NCBI RefSeq assembly: GCF_006345805.1
Contig: NC_043020.1
Coordinates: forward strand, 26,164,001-26,228,000
Source of the DNA: Octopus sinensis
Lineage: Eukaryota
DNA length: 64,000 bases
Direction of reading: 5' to 3'
Shown: piece after piece, positions 37,794 to 51,650 of the stretch
Layout: each line of letters starts with the position of its first letter
Numbering within the stretch: position 1 is the first letter of the stretch
Program-made: the position numbers and the translations under genes
The notes under the pieces: generated by a model
Told to the model about the DNA's origin: nothing
Database searches by the model: none
What the model saw: only the letters and a program-made list of their open reading frames with translations

Positions 37794-38776
37794 CTGGACA
37801 GTTTGACTGGGGCTGTCCCAGTCATGGACATCATCCGTTAATGTCTAGTTTTCATCCTATCGTAGGTGTCTGCTTTAACAAGGATCTAACAATTTGGAGG
37901 ATTACGCCATGCACCGAATGTCTTTGGCAGGGTTTCTATGTTCCTGGTACCAGTACACACACACATGCATGCACATACACATACACACACACGCACATGC
38001 GTGTATAGTTTTGACGCCAGCATTGGTTGGCTAGTTTGACCGGATCTCACCAGTCAGGACGGTGTGAAGGTCCATTGTCTCTTTCAGAAAGGTTTCTACA
38101 GTTGGATACCTTTCTAAATGACAGCAGCTTTACAGGTTCCACTGGGTGCTTTTATCTTGGCTCCTGACCACACACATGTGTGTGTATGTTTGTGTGTATG
38201 TATGTGTGTATGCATGTGTATATATATATATATATATTTATATAAATATTTTATTTGAGTCTGGTGCATCTTCTCAGATTGCCAGCTCAGCAAACCATCC
38301 AACCCATGCCAGTATGGACAACAGATGTTGATGATTATATATTATAGTATATATATAATATATATATATATATTATATATAATATATATATTATATATAT
38401 AACAACACACACACACACATATATATAGCTAGAGGTAAATGTGATTAATTAATCAATTAAAGATAGTATTTTCTCCATTCTTGTTAATGCTATGTGTGTG
38501 TATATATATGTATATATATATATATATATAATATTAGAAAAAAAACACCTTTTATCAATTCAAAATGAATAATTAAATTACACCATCTAGAAAATTACAT
38601 ACAATAGAAAAGTTAAAATTAAAATAACGATTAAAAAGTAAAGATTAAGTAAATTACAAGAATAATGTATAAAACAGGTAGAATAATGACACGTGTTTCG
38701 CTGATATTTTTCCTTGTAAGTTTGGATTTATTCCCTCAAATAATATTATTATAGATATTATATATATATTATATAT

Positions 38777-38938
38777 ATATTAATAAAAGGAATTCCAACC
38801 TTGTCTGATTTTCACGTTTTATTTACAATCTTATAATGATATATTATAAGATAATATATTATATCTTATAATATATCATTATAAGATGTGTAATAAAACG
38901 TGAAAATCAGACAAGGTTGGAATTCCTTTTATTAATAT
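38777..38938. repeat. ~160-bp fold-back palindrome
   Basis: taataaaaggaattccaaccttgtctgattttcacgtttta... mirrored by ...taaaacgtgaaaatcagacaaggttggaattccttttatta. Confidence 0.9.
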
Positions 38939-38999
38939 ATTCTTCTATACACAATCACACACACCATATATATATATATATATATATATAACGTTTATA

Positions 39000-39545
39000 T
39001 AGTGTTGGGCCTCATGGAGGCAATGACAAATGACTGAGACCTTTGGAGACATGCTGTGCTTGAGAAGACCTGGCAAACCAAGTGAGACCATAACCATGGC
39101 CTCCAGTGCAGCATAACCGACCCAACTAAGAGTACCCTTCAATCATTGGGCAATAAACTGCACTTGTGAAGAACTGTTGAGTCAAGTGAAGTCATTGTCA
39201 TGGCCGATGACAGTGCTGCCTGACTGGCACTCGTGCTGGTGGCACCTAAAAAGCTCCATTCGAGCATGGTCACTGACAGTGCTGCCTGGCTGGCTCCCAT
39301 GCCAGTGGCACATACGAAGCTCCATTCAAGCATATTCGATGACAGTACTGCCTGACAGGCCCTCATGCCAGTGGCACATAAAAAGCACCCACAACACTCT
39401 CAGAGTGGTTGGCGTTAGGAAGGGCATACAGCTGTAGAAACTCTACCAGATCAGATTAGAGCCTGGTGCATTCTTCTGGCTCACCAGCCCTCAGTCCAAC
39501 TGTCCAACCCATGCCGGCATGGAAAGCAGATGTTAAACAACGATG
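39000..39545 (+). mobile_element. RTE 3'-UTR-derived non-autonomous element
   Basis: cacttgtgaagaactgttgagtcaagtg, gtggcacataaaaagcaccc, terminal ccatgccggcatggaaagcagatgttaaac. Confidence 0.7.
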
Positions 39546-39961
39546 TCTATAAATTCCATCCGAGGATTATTGTTATTATTATATTTATCCTTTATTATAT
39601 TGATAAAGCTTGATGCATCCCTGAAAAACTGGTTCACCTGTCAGCATCATTAGACGGTGGTCGGCATAATGGAATAGTGTTACTTGCATATTCAAAACAT
39701 TTCTGATAAGCGAATTTAAAAGACACTCAAACACACACACGTATGATGCAAGCATGTGAACCTATCTCGTCAGCCTAACGAGCTAGGTTCGTGTGATGAG
39801 CCAACGAAACTTCAAATTGCACGGGGGCCAAATTAAGCTGTTATTAGTAGATGAAATATATAGGTAAGTCTTACCAAGTGCTTCTTTCTTTCATTTGTCC
39901 ACCCACTCATGTTTATTTGTGTGTGTGTGTATATATATACACACACACACTATATATAGAC

Positions 39962-39994
<33 letters not shown>

Positions 39995-40759
39995 CATACA
40001 TACATATATATATACATATAATATATAATATATAATATATATACATACATATATATAATAATATATATATATACATGCATATATACCTATATATATATAC
40101 ATGCACATATATTATACATACATATTGTATACATATTCATATATATAATACATATATATACATGCACATATATATATACATACATATATGTATACATATT
40201 CATATATATATATAATATATATACATAATATATATACACACACAATATATATATATATATATATATACATACATATCTACATACATATATACTACACATA
40301 TATATATATATACATAGATACATATACATCATATATATATATAATATATATATAATATATACACACACACAGACACACTCTCATAATATTGGTTCTCATC
40401 ATCTGGGCTAAAGATAATGAGAAGTAATGAAAACAATTGAAATTGATAATAACGAGGTCGTAATTATTTCAAGTCACCTTGCCAAACGAGTTTCTGAACT
40501 TAGAATACACCGAGAGAAATCAGCAACAACGCTGCACTGCACTATGCACAAACTGCAGGAGCTGCACAGAGGTTTTTGCAGTGTTGCAAACTCTTCTAAA
40601 TCCATCGCTGTGCTGGGACCCCTTCTGCATCATCAGCCGGTATCTCAGGGTCACAAACGTTTTGCTCCTTGACGTATGCTCTGCATTCACCTGAGTAGAG
40701 CTGCAAGGACTGAGTTAGCCTTCACCCACGTATATGCTTATAGACATACACACACACAT

Positions 40760-41046
40760 AAATCTTTGAAAAAGCTCCTGACAAATGCCAAACTTCATGC
40801 ACCACATCCATGCACCACATCCAAAATGTGCATGCCCAAACTGTGGCACCTGCCCCTCCTTACTTGAAGGCTCTGAATTTATCTTCAAACAAGGAACAAA
40901 GTTTAAAATCAAGACCAACTTCTCCTGTTCCTCCGAGAACCTTATCTATGTTCTCACATGCGCCGGTTGCCAACATAATTATATTGGACAAACGAGCCTC
41001 CCTTTACGTAAAAGAGTAGCTGTCCATAAAGAACAAATAAAGAACA
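40760..41046 (+). pseudogene. Penelope-like element GIY-YIG endonuclease fragment (frameshifted)
   Basis: KSLKKLLTNAK / KCACPNCGTCP..FKIKTNFSCSSENLIYVLTCAGCQHNYIGQTSLPLRKRVAVH: Cys linker plus LIY..YIG..R pattern of PLE endonucleases. A 13-bp duplication (catgcaccacatc) shifts the frame. Confidence 0.85.
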
Positions 41047-41095
41047 TATATTTATATAGGCACTGTATTAACAAACAAGAGGAGGAAAATACCTT

Positions 41096-41360
41096 TAGCA
41101 GAAGGTATTGGCGAACTTCTGCTGACACTTTCGTTACAACTTTCTCTCACTCTTTCCTCCTGCATCTTGCAGCTCACTTGTCACAGACCGGCGTCCCGTC
41201 CAGGTGGGGAATCTATATGCCAAGGAAACTGGGAAACTGGCCCTTACGAGCCAGATTGGAACCGGGTGCAGCTCCCCGGCTTACCAGTTTTCAGTCATAC
41301 CATCCAACCCATGCCAGCATGGAAAACAGATGTTAAATGATGGCGATGATGATGATGATA
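41096..41360 (+). mobile_element. SINE-D body/tail fragment followed by an RTE tail
   Basis: Matches 28355-28550 (reverse complement), then acccatgccagcatggaaaacagatgttaaatgatg. Confidence 0.7.
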
Positions 41361-41925
41361 GATAAAGAGAGATAAAGAGACAAACAGACAGATAAATTAG
41401 GAAAGAGAGAGAAAAGAAAGAAAAACAGAGTAAGCTAAATTATGTTGTGTGTGTGTGGGGGTGGCCAATCGAAATAGGAATTGCGATAGTTATGTGTATA
41501 ACCAGAACTTAAAACAATCAATCAACATGTAATTGTTAAATAAACAACCAAACAAACAAATAAATAAGCCAAGAACGGCCCTCCCACGCACTCGCCGCAC
41601 CTCCTGTTCGAGAAGGGGTTAATAGTGTGTAAAATTTAAATTGTTAGCTTGAAATTGCAAATCTCACCCAAAAGCTATGATATGATTGATTGGAGCGAAA
41701 ATACACATGGACTCAAACTGGAAATAGATATTGTTTAAGAAAAAGAAGAAAAAAAAAAGAAAATACTCGATATTGTTCAGTATTTAGATCGACGATTAAG
41801 CCAAGAATTATATGTGTGTGTGTGTATGTATATATGTGTGTGTGTGTGTGTGTATATCTGAGTGAGAAAATAGATTGTCTTAAATCAATATTAGACCTTA
41901 AGTTTATGGCTGATTAGGTCAACTG

Positions 41926-41966
<41 letters not shown>

Positions 41967-42174
41967 CACACACACATATGCTGCAAGTTATGATATTTCT
42001 TAAATTAATGTCTGGATATATATATATATATATATATAACCCATGCTAGCATGGAAAACGGAACGCTAAATGATGATGATGATGATAATATATATATATA
42101 TATATATATATTATATAATATATATATTATATATATAGAGAGAGAGAGAGAGAGATGATGTGTTTGTATAGATG

Positions 42175-42835
42175 ATACATTTATGTACTTAAAACATGTA
42201 TATTTTTGTAAATAGGTGTGTGTGTTTGTATATGTATATAAGTGCATGTGTGTAGATATATACATATGTGTGTATATATATATAGTGTGTTTCTATATGG
42301 ATGCATTTGTATGTGTGTGTGCATATATATATATGTGCATTTGTATGTGTGTGTGCATATATATATATGGATGCATTTGTATGTATGTGTGCATATATAT
42401 ATATGTGCATTTGTATGTGTGTGTGCATATATATATATGTATGTAAATATATAGAGAGATAGATAGATGTATGTGATCATACATATGTGTACATTTATGT
42501 GCTTAAAACATATTGTATATAGGTGTGCATATGTTTGAATATGTATATAAGTGCATGTGTGTATAGATATATATGTGTATATATGTGTGTGTGTGTGTGT
42601 TTCTATATGGATGCATTAGTATGTGTGTGTGCATATATATATGTAAATATATAGATAGATAGATGTATGTGTTTGTATATATGTATACATTTGTGCTTAA
42701 AACATGTATATTTTTGTATATAGGTATTTATGTTTGTATATGTATATAAGTGCATGTGTGTATGTGTGTGTTGATAATATACATATGTGTGTGTATGTGT
42801 TTCTATATGGATGCATTTGTATTTGTGTGTGTTTG
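42175..42835. repeat. Three diverged tandem modules built of microsatellite plus conserved cores
   Basis: cttaaaacat..ataagtgcatgtgtgt..tttctatatggatgcat recurs at ~42185, 42500 and 42695. Confidence 0.75.
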
Positions 42836-43666
42836 TGACAGCAGAAACCAATTTCCTGAAATCAATATTAAGCAGTAATTTTTGGCCTATTTTGGCATTG
42901 ATTTGGTTGAGTTGTTAGAAGATCAGACAAAATACCTTGTAGTAAATATTTCACTTCTTTACGTTCTGAGTTCAAATCCTGAAGAGGAAGGCAGTTTCAC
43001 ATTTTATTCTTGCAGGGTTAATTAAACCAATAACAGTTCAGTTGCGTGCTCTGACATCATTTTTGGAGTGCTGTGGTATTTGTTCTCTTCCAGCTATTAG
43101 CATTCTGAGTTCAAATCCCACTGAAGTCAAACATGACTTTTTATCCTTCCAGGGCTAATGTAAGAGAAACACCTGCCCAAAAAGCAAATTAGGAAAATTG
43201 TTAATGCTGAACAGTAATGATTAATGGAGTAAAGATTGTTTGCCAACATAACATGACAGTCCTGGTTTAGGACGAATGTTGCTGTAATTTAGCCCCAGGA
43301 GACATTGTCTCCAGCTGGCTGTACAACACGATCTGTGTCCTTATATTTTCGAACAAGGGAATCTAGCACCCCTACTCAGCTAGATTCCCTTGTTCAAAAC
43401 TATAATGGTTGCTGATTTAGGTGCAAGGTCAATAAAATTTTAGATGAAAGAGGGTTAGTTGATGCCCTCAGCCCCAGTAGATAGCTGGTACTCTATTTTG
43501 TTAACCTGTGTCATAAAAAATATCATGGTAACCCATTAGCATTTAATCCAACCATATCTGGTCCAAATATTCTACCTGTTTTATGCTAAAACTGACCTGA
43601 TCCAACCTCTCAGACCTACCTTACCATGTCATTCTAAAAACATACAGTTGATGTCATAAGCATAAA

Positions 43667-44198
43667 TACCATAAATCCTTGAGTATAATCCGCACTTTTT
43701 CCCAAAATTTAAAGGTCAAAATCCCTAGTGCATACTATATACGAGGTTAAAAATGAAAAATATTTTCTAAGCAATGTCCAAGTCTCTATTTGCTGTCCGG
43801 CAATGTTTATTTCAACACAGTGCAATGTTTATTTCAACGGGTGCAAAACTACCTTAAGCTAAGCCTGAAAGCAATGAAGTCATAAAAGAATCATCCATAA
43901 CTTGCAGTAAGCAACATTTATTAAAATAAAAGTATTCAGAACACAGAATAATATGTAACAAAAACAATTTGCAAACATATTTACATTCCCATATAACAGT
44001 TAAGAACATCACCATTATTGTATTACGCATGTGCAGAAGTGTTTGTTCGACTAGGTGCTGCTGGATTAATTACACATGACTCAAGTTAGAGAAGGGGTGT
44101 GTATTATACACAAGGTTTAGATTTTTCAAAAGTACAGCCCCCTAAAAATCCCCTGCATATTATACTCAAGGGCGGACTATACTTGAAGATTTACGGTA
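43667..44198. mobile_element. pogo/Tc2-like MITE
   Basis: TA-CCATAAATCCTTGAGTATAATCCGC ... GCGGACTATACTTGAAGATTTACGG-TA imperfect TIRs. Confidence 0.75.
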
Positions 44199-44400
44199 CT
44201 TATTTTATTGACGCCTTCTTAAAAGAGAATTTCATGTTAGGTTCCAAATTATGTATAAATGGAAAGGTTGTTGCTCAGATGTGTGGTGAGGAAGAAGGGG
44301 ACATGCGCAGACTGGTGTTGCTATAGTAACCAGACTGCTTCATGTGGTTCCTTCTTGTTGTTTATGGTAGGTCTCCTGTTAATTCGTGTTCCAAACATCA

Positions 44401-44611
44401 TATACTCTTTTACTTGTTTGTCATTTGACTGTGGCCATGCTGGAGCACCACCTTTTAGTCGAGCAAATCGACCCCAGGACTTATTCTTTGTAAGCTTAGT
44501 ACTTATTCTATCAGTCTCTTTTGCCGAAGCGCTAAGTTACGGGGACGTAAACACACCAGCATGGTTGTCAAGGAATGTTGAATAGGGGGACAAAACAGAC
44601 ACACAACATAT

Positions 44612-44664
<53 letters not shown>

Positions 44665-44840
44665 ATAAATATATATACCCATATATACGACGGGCTTCTT
44701 TCAGTTTCCGTCTACCAAATCCACTCACAAGGCTTTGGTCGGCCCGAGGTTATAGTAGAAAACACTTGCCCGAGGTGCCACGCAGTGGGACTGAACCAGG
44801 AACCATGTGGTTCGTAAGCAAGCTACTTACCACACAGCCT
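44401..44840 (-). mobile_element. SINE-A
   Basis: Full head-to-tail match with an expanded internal (TA). Confidence 0.88.
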
Positions 44841-46224
44841 TCCGATTTAAACATGCATGAATCCAGGAGTTTTGAGGGGAGGGGCTGGTTAATTGATGCC
44901 ACCAGCTCTGATAGTGAATTCATACTTTATTTGATCAACCCTGGAAGGTTGGAAGGCAAATTTAGCCGGAGCAGAATTTGAACCTGGAAAGTAAAGACCC
45001 AGACTAAAATGTCACATGGAATTTTTTTTAACCAATCCTGTAATGATTCCGTTAGCTTTGCCTATTTTTCAAACACCAAATTAATAATAATAATAATAAC
45101 AAAACTATTTGACTTCAATTCTTTATTGTTTTCAAAATAAATTTAAAACAAAGACAATGTTGTCTATTTTCCCACAGAAATATGCTAACAAAGCAATTGA
45201 GGAACCGGTCCCGTGCTGGCCACCCCCACTCTCCCTCTGCTTCCGTTTTTTCCTCTCACTTTCTCTCCCCTCTCTTTCCTATCTCTCTTTTCTCTCCCCT
45301 CATTATCTCCCCTCTCTCCCCTCTTTCTTTCTCTCCTCTCTCTCCCCTTTCTCTCTATCTTTCTCTCCTCTCTCTCTCTTTCTCTCTTCATTCTTTTTCT
45401 CTCCTCTCTCCTTCCTCTCTCCTCTTTCTATCCCCCTCTCTCTCTTCTCTATCTCTCCCTCTTTCTGGTGGTGGTGGTGATGATGGTGGTGGTGATGGTG
45501 ATGATGGTGGTGATAATGATGGTGATGGTGGTGATTGTGATGGTGATAATGATGGTGGAAGCGGTGATGATGGTGATAGTAATGATGGAAGTGGTGATGA
45601 TGGTAATGATGTTGATAGTGGTGGTGGTGGTGATGGTGGTTATAATGATGATGATGATGGTGGAAGTGGTAGTTGTGATGATGGTGGTGATAATGATGAT
45701 GGTGGAAGTGGTGTTGATAATGATGGTGATAATGGTTGTGGTGGTGGTAGTAGCTATGATGATGGTGTTGATGGTAATGGTAGCAGAGGTAGTAGTAGTA
45801 GTATTGCAGAAAATTGTCAACTTCATTTTAGAAGTTAGAAACAGCTGCTTCAGGAGAAGTGTGAAGATATTCTGTGAATGACAGCGGTGTGGTGGTGGTG
45901 GTGGTGGTGGTGGTGGTGGTGGTGGTGGTGGTGGTGGCAGTGTGTGTGTGTGTAACCGTGATAGTGTTGGTGTTTGTGGTGGTGCTGCTTATGATGGAAG
46001 TGATGCTGAAGATGAGGGTGTTGTGACTTAAATTTGTGGCGGTGATGATGATGATGATGGTGTTCACACTGGATTTAATTGGACATTTCTGGAACCTGAG
46101 GTGAGAAATGGGTGTGGGTGTGAATGACGGGTGTATATGGGTGTACACTCCATGTGTGTGTGTTGTGTTTCAAATGCTGTATGTATGTCTGGAGGAGGTT
46201 TGTGTGTGTATGTGTGTGTGTGTG

Positions 46225-46345
46225 TGTGTGTGTGAAGGTTGTGCATATGTGTGTGTATGTGTTTCAAGTGTTGTAATGTGTGTGTGTGTGTGTGTGTGTG
46301 TGAAGGTTGTGCATATGTGTGTGTATGTGTTTCAAGTGTTGTAAT

Positions 46346-46376
<31 letters not shown>

Positions 46377-46649
46377 AAGGTTGTGCATATGTGTGTGTAT
46401 GTGTTTCAAGTGTTGTAATGTGTATGTGTGTGTGTGTGTGTGTGGTGTGTGTGTGTGTGAAGGTTGTGCATATGTGTGTGTATGTGTTTCAAGTGTTGTA
46501 ATGTGTATGTGTGGTGTGTGTGTGTGTGTGTGTGTGTGAAGGTTGTTATATGTGTGTGTATGTGTTCAAGTGTTGTAATGTGTATGTGTGTGTGTGTGTG
46601 GTGTGGAAGGTTGTGCATATGTGTGTGTATGTGTTTCAAGTGTTGTAAT

Positions 46650-46686
<37 letters not shown>

Positions 46687-46790
46687 GGTTGTGCATATGT
46701 GTGTGTATGTGTTTCAAGTGTTGTAATGTGTATGTGTGTGTGAAGGTTGTGCATATGTGTGTGTATGTGTTTCAAGTGTTGTAATGTGTA
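46225..46790. repeat. Minisatellite: constant core gaaggttgtgcatatgtgtgtgtatgtgtttcaagtgttgtaat plus variable (GT)n, ~8 units
   Basis: Direct reading. Confidence 0.9.
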
Positions 46791-47119
46791 AGTGTGTGTG
46801 TGTGTATTTTATGCATGTGTGTGTTTGTGTATTCTGAGTGTTGTGTGCGTGTTTGCATGTGTGTGTTTGTGTGTGTATGTGTGTGTGTGTGCAGGTTGTG
46901 CATATGTATGTGTGAGTGTGTATATTTCAAGTGTAGTATCTGCTTGTGTGCATATGTTATATGTAAGGGTGTATGTGTGTGGTTGCATGTTTGTGTTTGT
47001 GTGTGTATTTTGAGTGCTGTATGTGCATTTCAAACACACACACACACACACACACACACAACTGTGAGTGTATTTCAGATGTATGATGTATGCAGGTTTG
47101 TGTGTTCATGTCTCTGTGA

Positions 47120-47154
<35 letters not shown>

Positions 47155-48600
47155 TTAGTGGTGTATGAGTGTGTGTTGGCTGCATGTGTACGTGCACATT
47201 TGCAAAAGATGTGGTGCATATGTGCAACATTAGCAGTTTGTTGATAACAGAAAGAAGCGGGTGGAGGTGGGGGGGAGGGTAATAAATATGCAGTGGGCAG
47301 GAGGAGGAGGAGGAGGTGGAGTATTTTGATGATAAAGGTGATGATGATGATGATGACTGCAATAACGAAGACATTTGTGATGTTTGTCAGTTACAACAGT
47401 GATGACGACGATGATGATGACGATGATGACATTTGCATTCGTGATGTTTATGATGATGATGATGATTGTCAGTTACAGGTGTGATGATGATGATGATGAT
47501 GATGATGGTGATTGCTTGATAAGGACGGCGTTTGCCAATTACAGCTGTGATGATGATGATGATGATGAGACGATGATGATGATGAGACGATGATGATGAT
47601 GAGACGATGATGATGATGAGACGATGATGATGATGAGACGATGATGATGATGATGATGACTCATGATTTCTATGGCAGTATTTTTCGTGGTGGTGGAGGT
47701 GGTGGTGGTGAATGTGTTAGATTTGAAAATGATGGTGATGGTGCTACAGCTGCTGCTGCTGCTGTTGATGGTGTGATAATCGCCATAGCAATGATGATGA
47801 ATGACAAGGCAATACTCATGATGATGATGATTGATGGTGACAGTTTTGATGATGATAGTGATGCTGCTGATGACTATGGTAAAGATGGTTTTCATGATGG
47901 CTATAGTGATCATGGCTACTACTGACTTGGAATACTGTGAAGATGATGATGATAATAATACTGTGTTAATAATAAAAATAATAATAATAATCATACTGTG
48001 ATAAATAATAATAATAATAATAATAATAATACTGTGATGATGATAGTAGTAGTAATAATAATAATAAGAAGAAGAAGAATACTGTGATGATTTTAATAAT
48101 TTATCATGTACATTGTTTTGTCTTCGTATAAAAGATAGGCTGCAGCAAATATTCTGCTCAATACCACAGATTTGCTTGTCAGTTATTTGACCTTAACCAG
48201 TTGAGCATGTCCCTTAGTGGTTGACGATACGCGCATCTCTGATCACGATCAGATGTTGTTGCGGGGGCAGGCTTCATAGCGATGTGTTGAGAGGGATTCT
48301 TTGGGATTTGGATAATTCACCTTTGGAAACATAAGTGTTTTGTTCAACATCCTTAAACAACCCTTATTCAAGGACCTTTTGAGTGGGATGGGCTACTCGA
48401 CCACAAGAAAATTCTAACTGGTCTCCACCTGCAAGGTCATGCGCTGTTTATCTTGATATCAGATCACCATGTCATGCACATATGGTTGTGATGCATGTGC
48501 CTGGTGTACCGTTATCAGACGGGTAGTCATGATGGGTATATTGGGCTTCGTATATTTGTACCCCAGTGTCACTTTAATGGCATGCACTGCTCTCTCATCC

Positions 48601-48632
<32 letters not shown>

Positions 48633-48990
48633 TAATAATAATAATAATCCATTGCTAAGATTATAAATTGCTATATCTGTTGGTGATGATAGTGATGATT
48701 GTTGTTTTTGTTGTTAAAGATAACTTTGTAATGGTCTCTATAGAAGCCTCTTAAAATGATGTCGATAGTGATGGTGATGTTGATTGTTGTTCATGAGGTT
48801 GATGGTTAAGGATTGGGATCTATCGTTATTTGTGCTGGTGGTGGTGGTGAAGATGGTTGTGGCAATGGTGATGAAAGTGATGATGTTGGTGGTGAAAATG
48901 TTGTTGGTGATGGTGATGATAGTGATGATGATAACTGTGGCAATGATGATATTGAAGAAGATAGAGATGATGGTGGTGGTAATGATGGTG

Positions 48991-49025
<35 letters not shown>

Positions 49026-49175
49026 TACATATACATACACATGCATGCAAAACACACACACACACATATATATATAGACACATCTGTACACAGTATATTT
49101 CTTCATGTTTTATACACACTCATGTATAATGTGCATCATGAATTACAAGCAATAAAATCCTGGGGAAAATATCTC

Positions 49176-49208
<33 letters not shown>

Positions 49209-49559
49209 ACTTTGATTTTACTTCAGTATTATGATATTTGTAAAAAGAAATGTTTAGTCAGGTGTGTTATAATTGCTGTATGAAAAAACATTTTAAAAGT
49301 TCACAAATCCTGAACAAAAATCAATATCAGAATTCGATCTTTAAACTTTACCAGTGTGAACTATAAAAGTGCATCTGCTATAGAGTCCATATTGTGAAAG
49401 TCACTTCTTGTTCCGTCTAGCAAATCTATTCACACAGCTTTGGTTGGCCTGGAGTTTTAGTAGAAGACTCTTAGCCTAGGGTACCATGCAGCAGAACTGA
49501 ACTTGAAACAATGTAGGTTGTCAAACAAACTTCTTAGCCATGCAACCATTATATATACA

Positions 49560-50105
49560 TATCATCATCATCATCATCATCGTTTAACGTCTATTTTCCG
49601 CGCTAGCACGGGTTGGACGGTTCGACCGGGGTCTGGGAAGCCAGGGGCTGCACCAGGCTCCAGTCTGATCTGGCAGTGTTTCTACAGCTGGATGCCCTTC
49701 CTAACGCCAACCACTCCGCGAGTGTAGTGGGTGCTTTTTACGTGCCACCTGCACAGGTGCCAGGGGAGTCTGGCATCGGCCACGATTTGTTGGTGCTTTT
49801 AACGTGCCACCAGCACGGAAGTAGCCAAGGCGGTGCTGGCATCGGCCACGTTCGGATGGTGCTTTTTATGTGCCACCGGCACAGAAGCCAATTGAGGCAG
49901 CGCTGGCATCGGCCACATTCAGATGGTGCTTTTTATGTGCCACCGGCACAGAAGCTAGTCGGGGTGGCGCTGGCAACGGCCACGTTCGGATGGTGCTTTT
50001 TATGTGATACCGGCACAGGTATCACAATTACTATTTCCATTGATATTTATTTCAATGTTCATGTACTTGACTCAACAGGTCTCCTCAAGCACAGTGGGAT
50101 GTTCT
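49560..50105 (-). mobile_element. RTE 3'-UTR-derived element with ~55-60 bp internal repeats
   Basis: (GAT)n tail at 49560; repeats of ggtgctttttatgtgccaccggcac; homologous to 2330-2680. Confidence 0.8.
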
Positions 50106-50151
50106 GGAATCCAAGGTACTTTGAATATATATATATATATATATATCGCCT

Positions 50152-50530
50152 GTGGCACTCTGTCGGTTACGATGACGAGGGTACTGGTTGATCTGATCAA
50201 CGGAACAGCTTGCTCATGAAATTAATGTGCAAGTGGCTGAGCACTCCAGAGAACGGTGTACCCTTAACGTAGTTCTTGGGGAGATTCAGCATGACACAAA
50301 GTATGACAAGGCTGGCCTTTGAAATACAGGGACAAGAGAACCAGGAAGAAAGAGTGAGAGAAAGTTGAGGTGAAAGAGTACAGCAGGGTTTGCCACCACC
50401 TTGTGCTGGAACCTTGTGGAGCCTTAGGTGTTTTCGCTCAATAAATACTCACAATGCCTGGTCTGGGAATCGAAACCGCGATCCTACGACCGTGAATCCA
50501 CTGCCCTAACCACTGGGCCATTGCACCTCC
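50152..50530 (-). mobile_element. Chimeric SINE: head/body D + tail C
   Basis: Head and body match the 28669 element; 50152-50335 matches the tail of the 17346 element. Confidence 0.8.
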
Positions 50531-50744
50531 ATATGTATGTATTGTTTAACTACAGAAAATATTTTATGTGGTTAGACAATTTAGCATCTGTTTTTCAGCA
50601 CATTGGCAAAGAATATTTTTCTTTTTGCCCTTATCTATAATTGTATAATTTTCACCTTAAAAGGTATTTTTCATATGCTGGCCACTGAAAAAAATTTTTA
50701 ATAAAATTTTATTCTTATATTAGAAGTATATATATATATATATA

Positions 50745-50915
50745 TTTATAAAATACAAAAATGGGACAAGAATGCAAAACATCCAGACAGTTAGATGATA
50801 CAGAAAAGGGACAACAAACATTCAGACAGACGATACAAGGGAACAAGGACAAGTCACTCGGAGTTTTTTTCCTCAGTCGAGTTCCAGATTATCTTTTCAA
50901 TTTTGGCTGGTTTAT
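50745..50915 (-). mobile_element. Short (TA)-flanked repeat family (also at 52475-52568 and 58745-58810)
   Basis: Three homologous segments in the window; contains CTGAGGA but no convincing GAAA. Confidence 0.6.
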
Positions 50916-51323
50916 AATATATATATGTGTGTGTGTATGCATGTGTATGAATATATATATGTGTGTGTATATGTGTGTGTCTTGTTTCAGTCATTAGACT
51001 GCAGCCACGCTGTGGTACTACCTTCAAGAAGAAAATTGTTGAATAATCTCACCTCAGTACTTTATGAATAATAACATTTATTGCAAACATACAAATGATC
51101 AATGTGTTTTATTTAATTTTATATTTAAGGTAATAAATATTTTTCTTTAGAAAATTACTATTCATGTAATCACTTTGTAAAAGTTCCAGGAAATGTAATA
51201 AAAGATGAATTATAATTATTGTATGCAAACACTATTTCTTGATATTATCCATGGCATCAAAAGAATTCTTTCTAAGCTATGTGTCATATGACGATTAACA
51301 CTCTAGTATATTATATACACACG

Positions 51324-51357
<34 letters not shown>

Positions 51358-51650
51358 GCGTTGCTATTATGCAAAAGTGTCGTAAGTCCAAAACGTTGCT
51401 TTTTCAGAATGCGAAAAAATAGTTTTACCATTCCATAGCAAAGCCTTTGTAGTACACTTTGGCAGTTTTTATATCTTGGCATCTGAAACAGCTGGAGATA
51501 CGATAGTTTGACCAAAAGAATCGGCTATTGCAAGCAAAAATAAATATTGAAAAAAAAAACGCATTTGGACATACAACAGTTTAACACAATAGCCATGATA
51601 TATATATATATATACATACATATATACATACATACATACATACATACATA

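Noticed and set aside
40560-40640. Minus-strand CTGATGA-TGCAG..CTGCA-AAAAC-CTCT-GTG hammerhead look-alike
   Set aside because: G12A, a non-cleavable GUG, a non-palindromic loop and no helix I.
46225-46790. CRISPR-like repeat-spacer look (also 61.4-62.1 kb)
   Set aside because: Spacers are just (GT)/(CA) tracts, the context is eukaryotic, and no cas genes are present.
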